Shown: positions 9,105-16,265, counted from the stretch's first letter. The stretch: DNA of 20,000 bases from an uncultured virus (IMG/VR IMGVR_UViG_3300046523_000170) (IMGVR_UViG_3300046523_000170); one strand, 5' to 3'. The notes: generated by a model from the letters alone, not told the origin. Numbers and translations: made by a program.

Positions 9105-9655
9105 TGCGCGGCGGCTACGTTACCGTCCGGCTCACCAGCCGTTGGCCTTACAACCCGCTTAGCCTTGCGATCGGCATCGCGGCAGGGTCCCGCCAGTTCA
9201 GCCACGCCATCACCATCATCGGCGACCGCGCCTACGAGGCCTCGATGGCGCACGGGTGTCGCGGTGGCAGCGTCGAGGAGCTGATGGAAGGCGTCGCGGT
9301 CTATCGAGACATGTCGGTTTGGGCTCCTGACATCGATGCCGCACGGGCGTTCGCGAAGGCCCAGGTAGGGAAGGGCTACGACTGGCCCGGTGCTGTCGGC
9401 ATCCCGTTCACCTATTCGGAGGACTGGAGCGACGACAGCTGCTGGTGGTGTTCGGATCTTTCGTTTGCCATCGTCCTCGCCGGCGGCGTGCGCCTGTTCG
9501 ACCCGGATGTGATGAAGCGCGCCCGGCCGATCGACCTTCACATGGCCGATTACCCAAAGGGGCCGCTCGTAGATGCGCGAAGGCCACCGCAGACACCTCC
9601 AGACCAGCCCGCCGCAGCGGGTTTTTTTACGCCCACACCGAAAGGGCCACAGTGA
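9104..9655 (+). CDS. Permuted papain-like (YiiX/YaeF-type NlpC/P60) protein
   Basis: ATG at 9104 overlaps the previous TGA. His motif FSHA precedes GKGYDW and the Cys motif WWCSDL (circularly permuted order). Confidence 0.75.
   Translation: MRGGYVTVRLTSRWPYNPLSLAIGIAAGSRQFSHAITIIGDRAYEASMAHGCRGGSVEELMEGVAVYRDMSVWAPDIDAARAFAKAQVGKGYDWPGAVGIPFTYSEDWSDDSCWWCSDLSFAIVLAGGVRLFDPDVMKRARPIDLHMADYPKGPLVDARRPPQTPPDQPAAAGFFTPTPKGPQ
9607..9628 (+). terminator. Terminator-like hairpin ahead of the lysis genes
   Basis: CCCGC-CGCA-GCGGG followed by T7, inside the low-complexity 3' end of the 9104-9655 ORF. Confidence 0.5.
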
Positions 9656-9912
9656 GCGATCAATCCCAAGCAGAAGCGCTGGCAACGGCGCGCATCAATA
9701 TCGCCGAACTGAAAATCCAGGTGAGCAACCTCACCCAGGGCATGGTGAGTCTTCAGGAGAGCAACCAGCAACTGGCCGCCAAGGTCGACCAAGTGCTGCT
9801 TGCTCTTTCGGAGGCGCGTGGCGGGTGGCGGACGCTAATGATCGTCGGCGGCGCCGCATCGTCCGTGACCGCGGCGCTCGCCTGGGTCGTCCAGCACCTA
9901 CCAAAGGCCTGA
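9652..9912 (+). CDS. Holin-like/lysis-associated membrane protein (coiled coil plus one C-terminal TM segment)
   Basis: GTGA overlap at 9652. Heptad region followed by GGWRTLMIVGGAASSVTAALAWVV; directly upstream of the endolysin. Confidence 0.65.
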   Translation: MSDQSQAEALATARINIAELKIQVSNLTQGMVSLQESNQQLAAKVDQVLLALSEARGGWRTLMIVGGAASSVTAALAWVVQHLPKA

Positions 9913-9913
9913 C

Positions 9914-10432
9914 ATGGTGACCATCAACCAACTCAAGCGCATTTTGCCGCTCGCCGGCATGCGCGCCGATACGTTCTGCCAACCCCTCAATCAAGCTATG
10001 GCGGAATTTGGCATCAATACCGCGGCCCGAGAGGCGGCATTCATCGCGCAGGTCGGGCACGAGTCGGGGCAGCTCCGCTATGTGCGCGAGCTGGCCTCGG
10101 GCGTCGCATACGAGGGCCGCGCTGACCTGGGCAACGTGGTCACCGGCGACGGTACGCGCTACAAGGGTCGCGGGCTCATTCAGATCACTGGCCGCGCCAA
10201 CTACATGGCCTGTGGCGCAGCGCTCGGGCTCGACCTCATCAACCATCCAGAACTGCTCGAGCAGCCAGTCAACGCCTGCCGAAGCGCGGCGTGGTTCTGG
10301 AGGTCGCACGGATTGAGCGAGCTCGCGGACGCTGGCGACCAAGTCAAGATCACGCGCCGTATTAATGGTGGAACCAATGGGCTCGCCGAGCGGCTGGCTT
10401 TCTTCGAATTGGCAAGAAAGGAGTTGGCATGA
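9914..10432 (+). CDS. Glycoside hydrolase family 19 endolysin
   Basis: Motifs AAFIAQVGHESG, YKGRGLIQITGRANY, SAAWFW and ITRRINGGTNGLAER. Confidence 0.95.
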   Translation: MVTINQLKRILPLAGMRADTFCQPLNQAMAEFGINTAAREAAFIAQVGHESGQLRYVRELASGVAYEGRADLGNVVTGDGTRYKGRGLIQITGRANYMACGAALGLDLINHPELLEQPVNACRSAAWFWRSHGLSELADAGDQVKITRRINGGTNGLAERLAFFELARKELA

Positions 10433-10626
10433 AACGACGCATCCAAATCGCACTCGAATTCGCCGCGGCGCGGCTCAGCGAGCAGTCCACCTGGCAGGGT
10501 ATCGGCTTCCTCGTCGGGCTGACGGGCGCCAAGCTCGGCGCCGGCATGGATTGGGGTATGGCTGCAGGCCTGGGCGGAATCGTATCGGCTGTGCTGAAGA
10601 TGGTTTTCCCGGATCCAGTCAAATGA
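10429..10626 (+). CDS. Putative holin (two TM segments)
   Basis: ATGA overlap with the endolysin, AAGGAG RBS, RLSEQSTWQG followed by two hydrophobic segments. Confidence 0.7.
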   Translation: MKRRIQIALEFAAARLSEQSTWQGIGFLVGLTGAKLGAGMDWGMAAGLGGIVSAVLKMVFPDPVK

Positions 10627-10736
10627 GCGTCACCTGCGCTTTCTTCCTTGGCGCCTGCATGGGCGGACTCGTCGCCGGAGTCGTCATCATCTATGCCATC
10701 GCGACCCTGATGCCTGAACACAGGTGGCTCAAATGA
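10623..10736 (+). CDS. Small single-TM protein (37 aa) in the lysis cassette
   Basis: ATGA overlaps at both ends; MSVTCAFFLGACMGGLVAGVVIIYAIATLMPEHRWLK. Confidence 0.5.
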   Translation: MSVTCAFFLGACMGGLVAGVVIIYAIATLMPEHRWLK

Positions 10737-11239
10737 TGGGGGCATTGCTGTTGCGCCTGGCGCCGTACAAGCTCGCGGCCGAGATCCTGATCTTTGGCGC
10801 GCTTGCCGTCGGCGCCGCGGTCTGGGCTCACCAGTTCCTCGAGCACGAACGCGACATCGGTCGGCAGGAGGTGCAGACCCGATGGGATCAGCAGAAGGCT
10901 GCCGACAAGCTTGCCGCTGAGCGACAGGAAAAGGACTGGCGCGAGAAGTACGACGTCGCAATCAACCTTGGATCCGAAAATGCCAAAGCACTTCGCACTG
11001 ATGCTGCTGCCGCTCGCGCTGCTGCTGACGGCCTGCGTAGCACCACCGACAAGCTCGGCCAGTTCCTGGCCGGCGCCTCCGCCGAAACCGCCCGTAAGTA
11101 CGCCACAGCCTACCAAGCCGTATTTGCAGACTGTGTCGGACGATATCGCTCGATGGGAGAAGCAGCTCAAGGACACGCTAATGACGCCGCAACCCTGAGC
11201 GCCGCATGGCCGCAGGGCGCTCCGAAGCCGCAACCGTAA
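10733..11239 (+). CDS. Rz-like inner-membrane spanin (i-spanin)
   Basis: N-terminal TM segment followed by an Ala-rich coiled coil; last gene of the lysis cassette; contains an embedded lipoprotein gene. Confidence 0.8.
   Translation: MMGALLLRLAPYKLAAEILIFGALAVGAAVWAHQFLEHERDIGRQEVQTRWDQQKAADKLAAERQEKDWREKYDVAINLGSENAKALRTDAAAARAAADGLRSTTDKLGQFLAGASAETARKYATAYQAVFADCVGRYRSMGEAAQGHANDAATLSAAWPQGAPKPQP
10980..11198 (+). CDS. Rz1-like outer-membrane lipoprotein spanin (o-spanin) embedded in the +1 frame
   Basis: MPKHFALMLLPLALLLTA-C lipobox and Pro-rich mature region (WPAPPPKPPVSTPQPTKP); lies entirely within the i-spanin gene, as in lambda Rz/Rz1. Confidence 0.8.
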   Translation: MPKHFALMLLPLALLLTACVAPPTSSASSWPAPPPKPPVSTPQPTKPYLQTVSDDIARWEKQLKDTLMTPQP

Positions 11240-11246
11240 GGACAAC

Positions 11247-12443
11247 ATGACCAAGCAACCAATCATCGACCCGAAGCTGATCGAGTTCGCTACAGTGCGC
11301 CAGGCTGAATACGTTGAGGCGTCGAATCGCCTTGGCAGCATGCGTGCCGCAGCACGCGAGTTGGGCGTCGCGAAAAATGCCGTGCAAGAGGCCGTCGCAA
11401 GATTGAAGGTATGCGCCGCTCAGCAGCACGGGTATGCCCCCGGCCACTTCGAAAGCGGTGTCGCGCCTGGATTCAACATGGGTAAGGTTACCGTGCAGCG
11501 CGGCCCAAGTGGCGAGGTCGAGCGCACGTGGGAACGTCAGAGCCCAGACCGTGAACGGCAGCAGGAGTTCATGCGCGCTGCAGCGGCTGCGATGGTGGAA
11601 GACCTGCCGCGCGCGAAAGCAATGAAGGCGCCGGTGGTGACCGATGCAAAGCTGGCCAGCGTCTATACGTTGACAGACGCCCATGTCGGGGCCATGTGCT
11701 GGCACCGCGAGAACCTCGATCCAAATGGGGACTGGGATCTGGCGATCGCCGAGCGCACGTTGACCGGCTGCTTCGAGCATATGGTGAGGGCCAGCCCGCC
11801 GGCACGCGTCGGCATCGTCGCGCAGCTCGGGGATTTCTTGCACAGCGATGGCATGGGCATGATTGAGGGCAGAACGCCCACTTCTGGGCACGTTTTGGAC
11901 CAAGATGGGCGCTTCTCTAAAGTGGTCCAGACGGCGATCAGGATCTTGCGCCGCGTGGTCGGTTTCGCCCTCAATAAGCATGAGCGCGTCGTCGTCCTGA
12001 TGGCTGAGGGTAATCACGACCTCGCGTCAAGCGTCTGGCTGCGCGCCATGTTCAAGGCACTGTATGAGAATGAGCCGCGGGTCGAGGTAATCGATTCAGA
12101 GCTGCCGTACTACGTCTACCAGCACGGCCAGACCATGCTGGCGTGGCATCACGGCCACCTGAAGAAGAACGACCAGCTGCCACTGCTGTTCGCCGCGCAG
12201 TTCCCGAAGGTCTGGGGCGGCACTACGCGCCGGTACGCGCATACGGGTCACCGCCATCACTTCGAAGAGAAGGAGCACTCGGGCATGTCCGTCGTCCAGC
12301 ATTCCACGCTGGCAGCCCGGGATGCCTACGCGGCACGTGGCGGTTGGATGAGCGATCGGCAGTGCACGGCGATCACATACCATGCCGACTTCGGGCAGGT
12401 TTGCCGCAACACCGTCACGCCGGAAATGCTGCTGGCCGCGTAG
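11247..12443 (+). CDS. HTH-fused calcineurin-like metallophosphoesterase
   Basis: N-terminal HTH (GSMRAAARELGVAKNAVQEAVARLK). Metallophosphoesterase motifs TDAHVG, GDFLHSD, GNHD, HHGH and GHRHH in canonical order. AGGA RBS. Confidence 0.85.
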   Translation: MTKQPIIDPKLIEFATVRQAEYVEASNRLGSMRAAARELGVAKNAVQEAVARLKVCAAQQHGYAPGHFESGVAPGFNMGKVTVQRGPSGEVERTWERQSPDRERQQEFMRAAAAAMVEDLPRAKAMKAPVVTDAKLASVYTLTDAHVGAMCWHRENLDPNGDWDLAIAERTLTGCFEHMVRASPPARVGIVAQLGDFLHSDGMGMIEGRTPTSGHVLDQDGRFSKVVQTAIRILRRVVGFALNKHERVVVLMAEGNHDLASSVWLRAMFKALYENEPRVEVIDSELPYYVYQHGQTMLAWHHGHLKKNDQLPLLFAAQFPKVWGGTTRRYAHTGHRHHFEEKEHSGMSVVQHSTLAARDAYAARGGWMSDRQCTAITYHADFGQVCRNTVTPEMLLAA

Positions 12444-12621
12444 GTCTTCGATCGTGCGGTAGGGCCATCACCCGCGCCGCCACGTCGGGCGGCACGCCGC
12501 TCATCGCTAACGTAACGGACGTAGCCTGCCACCCGACCAACGGGAGCAGTATCAGCGCCAGGTCGACCCGACTGGCGGTGATTAGGTCGGTTCGAGGGTC
12601 GCAACCCCGCACTACTTGCAT
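12415..12621 (-). CDS. Small hypothetical protein (68 aa)
   Basis: Start overlaps the end of the upstream minus-strand gene and fills an otherwise empty gap; protein-like sequence RTDLITASRVDLALILL...GVPPDVAARVMALP. Confidence 0.45.
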   Translation of the reverse strand: MQVVRGCDPRTDLITASRVDLALILLPLVGWQATSVTLAMSGVPPDVAARVMALPHDRRPTRPAAFPA

Positions 12622-13010
12622 GTCGCCTTAGCCTCCGCTGGATCTCGCCCAGCTTCGCGCGTCTGGAGGGTGCAACTGGTAATCTTCGGCCCCAGCTCCT
12701 CCCACCACGTGATATCCCCGGCGCCGTACGAGCACACCAGCCATTTCTGCCGACCAAGCTCGAAGCCGTGTAGCACCTCCCAGCCTCCCTTGACCTTGCG
12801 CCGGTCGCCCTGCAGCTCGCCGCGGCCGTTCAGCTCCCCCTCATACATGCCGGCGCCGCTTAGCTTAGCCTTCGCGATGAAGCCTACTCCCTTATGCTGG
12901 TACGGGACCTCGGAAATTCGCGTGTCCTGCCAAGGGTAGAACTTCGGGCATTCGATCACCTGGGCAGCCGCAACTGACGGCAGGGCGAGGAGCAGAAGCG
13001 CGGCCCTCAT
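12612..13010 (-). CDS. Periplasmic immunity-like protein (STY0301/Tai2-like)
   Basis: Signal peptide MRAALLLLALPSVAAA, four Cys, KWLVCSYG motif; ATGA-coupled to the upstream amidase gene. Confidence 0.7.
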   Translation of the reverse strand: MRAALLLLALPSVAAAQVIECPKFYPWQDTRISEVPYQHKGVGFIAKAKLSGAGMYEGELNGRGELQGDRRKVKGGWEVLHGFELGRQKWLVCSYGAGDITWWEELGPKITSCTLQTREAGRDPAEAKATCK

Positions 13011-13426
13011 GACATCACCACATAGAACTGGTCAGCATTGTCACAGTCCGAGTAAGGGTTGCCCTGTTGGCGTGGTTTTTCGCCGCGCGCCCAGATGTCT
13101 CGTGCCATCACTAGATTCCTCGGATGGCGCCCTCTAAACTGATCCATGACGCTGATGCTCATCACTTTGCCGCTCACGCTGCGCGCGAAGTCGATGAACA
13201 GCGCAGCGTGATAGCCGTGCCGGTTCGGGAATTTCCCATTTACGAAATTGGCGATGACGGTTCCCGGATTCAAATAGCTCAGGTCGACCACGCGCGGGCC
13301 CGGATACCAGCGCATTGTCGGTCCAACCGAGGTGAGCGCCTGGACCAGTGCGACGCACTCGCCATCGCGATAGGGCGCATGACCCTCCAGCTCATCCACA
13401 TTGCCCGCATAAATCGTCGCGCCCAT
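13007..13426 (-). CDS. Peptidoglycan amidase effector-like protein (BPSL0067/Tae2-like NlpC/P60)
   Basis: GGAGG RBS. Catalytic Cys motif GECVALVQ, PGTVIANF, His motif HAALF, VMDQF and NADQFYVV; no signal peptide. Confidence 0.75.
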   Translation of the reverse strand: MGATIYAGNVDELEGHAPYRDGECVALVQALTSVGPTMRWYPGPRVVDLSYLNPGTVIANFVNGKFPNRHGYHAALFIDFARSVSGKVMSISVMDQFRGRHPRNLVMARDIWARGEKPRQQGNPYSDCDNADQFYVVMS

Positions 13427-13525
13427 ATGTCCTCCGTCGTTGAGAGATCATGGTCACCTTGTTGGGTTTACAGCAACTTGGCGGGCGTCAACTGAGCGTG
13501 GTAGCCATCTCAAGCGGTGATGCTA

Positions 13526-13545
13526 TACTGTTCATATATACAGTA
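13526..13545. promoter_or_regulatory. LexA (SOS) box
   Basis: TACTG-TTCATATATA-CAGTA matches the CTG-N10-CAG consensus, 15 nt upstream of the imuA ATG. Confidence 0.9.
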
Positions 13546-13950
13546 TTTCCGCGCATCACCATGACTCAAGCTTCCTCCTCCATAGAGCCTGAAGAACTGC
13601 ACCCTTCGCTCTGGCGAGCATCCCAGCTCGCCCGCAATCACACGGCATGCGTCGATACCGGGCACCTGAGCCTGTCGCAGCAGTTGCCTGGCAGCGGATG
13701 GCCGAAAGGCATGCTGGTCGATTTGCTCCTCCAGCAGCCCGGAATAGGGGAAATTCGCCTGCTCGCTCCAGCGCTGGCTAAAGTGGCGGCACGTAAAGTT
13801 GGATGCTTCGCCGGCACCGCTGCGCCTAGGGTTGCGCCCGAAGGCGGGCGGCATCGAGATTGACGTCATCAAGCGCCGCGGGCCGCAGCGTGATGCGCCG
13901 CTGTTCCTGCCGATGCAAATTGGTCCTGCTAGAATATTTGGGTATCCGGA

Positions 13951-15360
13951 TTAGCGTGTTGAAAGAAGTCTTTCACTCGCAAGGCCCAGCGTGTGGAAAC
14001 GAGACAGACAGAGGTTGCACATAACAATGCGCTTCTCCTCCCCGTCACGGGTCACCTTGGCAAGAACAGGGCGATTGAGCGGCGACCTGTTATCGAACTC
14101 GGTGCCGCAGCTTTGGCATCGATTGTCGGCGAGGGGGAGGTAATACTCGAAGGCCTTCACGCTCACGTCGGTGTGCGAAATCAAAGTCCAGGTCTTGTCC
14201 TTGACCCGTTTGCCAAAAAGGACGCGAGCTCGCAAGACCTCGAAGCTGTACCCACGGCCGGCGCGGTTAATCTCCTTTGCCACCCGGTTCAGCGCCTCCG
14301 TGTAGGCGTTGGTGATGGGGTAGTCGAAGAAGGCCAGGATGCCCTCTCGCCAGTTCTTCATCGCCGTCAGCAGTACCTTGAAGTCGTGCTTCAGGTCGGC
14401 AGGGACCTTAGAGGCGTAGGCGTCGAATGCCGCGGCGGCCGCAGCCTTGGGCATCTCGTAGATGGCGTAGAAGTCCTCCTTCAGCTTGTACGCGGCAGCC
14501 AGCTCGGGCTCATTATCAAGCCACATGTCCCGGTTGAAGCGCTGCTTCTCGGTGAGGCCGGCGGACCTAAGGTTGAGGACGTGCTTCGACTGCAGCCAGT
14601 CGCGCCGCACGCCAGCCTTCTTCTCCTTCTGGAGCCGGATGCGGACCCGCTCCATGCAGTAGTTGGCCATCCGGACTACGTGGAACTTGTCGACGACCAG
14701 CGGCACGCCGGGAAGCATCAGGTGCGTCACCTCGCGGTATGGACGCCACATATCGGTTGCCACGCCCTTGACCATACTGCGGTCGCTGTACCTGGCCAGC
14801 CAGTTGATGACGGCTACCTTGCTCCGGTCGCGGAGCATGTCGATGGGCTGGCGGTTGCCGACGTCGGTGATTACGCAGCGCATTTCCCCGTCGATTTGAG
14901 TCTCGTCGATGCCGAGCCACTCGGGCAGCCGGGGGCGGTATTCGGCCTCCAGCTTGGCGATGAAGTCGCCGGCCAGCGTCCTGACGGTTTTGTCGTCGCA
15001 CCCGACATCCTCCGCAATGCGTGTGAACGTATGGCTGAGGCAGCGGTAGGCGATAAAGGCAGAGCAGCGCTCGGTGATACGCCGGTCAGCCAGGATGCCG
15101 GCCAGAGGCTGGAGGAACGTTTCGCCGCACTCCCGGCATTTATACCGCTGGACCTTGGCAACCAGGCGGGTTGGCTCACCCCTGAGCGGACTGTCGATGT
15201 AGCTGACTGGCTTGGTGCCGTGGCGGTAGAGATTGCCGACGACACCACACTTCTGGCAAGAGTCAGGCTGAATTGTGTACTCGGCGTCAATCAGGTATTC
15301 GCCCGTCTCGCGGCGTGTGCCCGTCACCTTCCAGCCGGGAAGGTCGAGGATGTCCGTCAT
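13951..15360 (-). CDS. ISL3-family DDE transposase
   Basis: N-terminal Zn finger (CQKCG...CRECG), LGIDET, VATDMW, VVDKFH and TNAYTEALN motifs. ATG at 15360 overlaps the passenger gene's stop; the stop codon lies inside the terminal repeat. Confidence 0.93.
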   Translation of the reverse strand: MTDILDLPGWKVTGTRRETGEYLIDAEYTIQPDSCQKCGVVGNLYRHGTKPVSYIDSPLRGEPTRLVAKVQRYKCRECGETFLQPLAGILADRRITERCSAFIAYRCLSHTFTRIAEDVGCDDKTVRTLAGDFIAKLEAEYRPRLPEWLGIDETQIDGEMRCVITDVGNRQPIDMLRDRSKVAVINWLARYSDRSMVKGVATDMWRPYREVTHLMLPGVPLVVDKFHVVRMANYCMERVRIRLQKEKKAGVRRDWLQSKHVLNLRSAGLTEKQRFNRDMWLDNEPELAAAYKLKEDFYAIYEMPKAAAAAAFDAYASKVPADLKHDFKVLLTAMKNWREGILAFFDYPITNAYTEALNRVAKEINRAGRGYSFEVLRARVLFGKRVKDKTWTLISHTDVSVKAFEYYLPLADNRCQSCGTEFDNRSPLNRPVLAKVTRDGEEKRIVMCNLCLSRFHTLGLASERLLSTR

Positions 15361-15662
15361 TCGTCGTTCCAACACTGGCAGGTGGGGTCGGGGCAGCCGC
15401 AGTGCGTACAGTAATTCCCGAACAACTCAAGCCGTTGCTCATCCGTCATTGCGGAAACGGCCGCAGCTATCCCCGACTTGTCGACCTCGAGGCGTCGTCG
15501 CTCGTCGGCCAGCATGTTGCAGACCTCCCAAAAGGCTTTCGCTGCTGGAGTGTAGCGCTCAGCATCAGCCGAAACGCAACCCCATCGGATGAGCGAGTCG
15601 ACTTCATCCATGAGAACGAGGGCTTTGTTAGCCCAGTTGTTAGAGGAGTATTCAGTACCCAT
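15357..15662 (-). CDS. ISL3 passenger protein with C-terminal Cys-rich motif
   Basis: AGGAG RBS, ATGA coupling to the transposase, located inside the TIRs; ends in YCTHCGCPDPTCQCWNDE. Confidence 0.75.
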   Translation of the reverse strand: MGTEYSSNNWANKALVLMDEVDSLIRWGCVSADAERYTPAAKAFWEVCNMLADERRRLEVDKSGIAAAVSAMTDEQRLELFGNYCTHCGCPDPTCQCWNDE

Positions 15663-15935
15663 GTCCGCTCCTGTTCCACACGAAAATCCTGAGCTTCATT
15701 ATTGCACAGAACTACCCTTTCCACACCTTATTCCGCATACCCGAATATTTCAGCCGCAGCGCGAAACCGTTCCGGCGTGGGCAAAAGCGCATAGGTCAGC
15801 AGTACAAACAGGCTCCCAAATCGTTTCCGCAACTTGATCGAGAGCCGTTGAAAAATAAGGGAAAAATCCCATCAAAATCAGCGACCCTGCGGAAGCGAAA
15901 GCTGCGTAAGCTGTTGAGTTGAAAGGCTTAAGTGC

Positions 15936-15998
15936 GTAGTCTTGAAAACTGCCGACGGGTTAAACCGTTCGTGAGTTCGAATCTCACCGCTTCCGCCA
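15936..15998 (+). tRNA. 3' fragment of tRNA-Ser(TGA); probable att core duplication (prophage attR / junction with the next element)
   Basis: Anticodon arm GTAGT-CTTGAAA-ACTGC, long variable arm, T-arm GTGAG-TTCGAAT-CTCAC, acceptor strand CGCTTCC-G-CCA. No canonical D-arm upstream. Confidence 0.8.
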
Positions 15999-16010
15999 GT
16001 ATTATGACGT

Positions 16011-16037
16011 AAGCCCTTGAATATTAAGGGCTTTTTT
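16011..16037 (+). terminator. Hairpin/terminator after the tRNA fragment
   Basis: AAGCCCTT-GAATATT-AAGGGCTT followed by a T tract. Confidence 0.65.
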
Positions 16038-16053
16038 CATTATACCGATCAGT

Positions 16054-16072
16054 TACCCACGTTTCTACCCAC
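16054..16072. repeat. TACCCAC direct repeat, possible integrase arm-type sites
   Basis: TACCCAC at 16054 and 16066 (12-bp period), about 55 bp from the tRNA 3' end. Confidence 0.4.
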
Positions 16073-16265
16073 AAGGACGGGCGAGCTTCATGCCTTCGGC
16101 AAAGGAGTTGACTTCATCAAGTGACCATCGCGTGCAACGGGTGGACAAGCGAATGGGGGCAGGAAAGCCCTTTTTGGTTTCGCACCAAAGCCATGCGGTG
16201 CTTATCCCAATCCCCAGAATGCTTGCTACCTTGCGAACAGGGATGAGATGGTCAGTGTGAGTCAT
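16065..16265 (-). CDS. alpA: AlpA-family regulator/excisionase
   Basis: AGGAGG RBS before ATG at 16265; VASILGIGISTAW...GFPAPIRLSTRCTRWSLDEV is the AlpA pattern. Confidence 0.88.
   Translation of the reverse strand: MTHTDHLIPVRKVASILGIGISTAWLWCETKKGFPAPIRLSTRCTRWSLDEVNSFAEGMKLARPCG

Larger units (their letters stand above)
13940..15742 (-). mobile_element. Complete ISL3-family insertion sequence (1803 bp) with passenger gene
   Basis: Imperfect terminal inverted repeats GGGTATCCGGATTAGCGTGTTGAAA (13940-13964) and the reverse complement GGGTATGCGGAATAAGGTGTGGAAA (15718-15742). 8-bp target duplication GAATATTT at 13932-13939 and 15743-15750. Confidence 0.92.
13561..15837 (+). pseudogene. imuA: imuA pseudogene: internal deletion/frameshift at ~13801 and ISL3 insertion after 13939; 3' end at 15751-15837
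   Basis: The N-terminus HPSLWRASQL..DTG..LSQQLPGSGWP..LLLQQPGIGEIRLLAPAL is ImuA-like. At 13802 the +1 frame gives the ImuA C-terminal DASPAPLRLGLRP..IKRRGP. Removing the IS and one target copy restores ...ARIF-QPQRETV...SAT* ending at 15837. Confidence 0.85.

Noticed and set aside
13993..15414. 473-aa ORF antisense to the ISL3 transposase
   Set aside because: Shadow ORF expected from GC-rich codon bias on the opposite strand; no motifs.
15589..15837. 82-aa plus-strand ORF
   Set aside because: A chimera of the IS end and the displaced imuA 3' end, not an independent gene.
15891..15998. Complete functional tRNA-Ser gene
   Set aside because: The 5' part lacks a canonical D-arm and has the wrong spacing; better explained as an att duplication.
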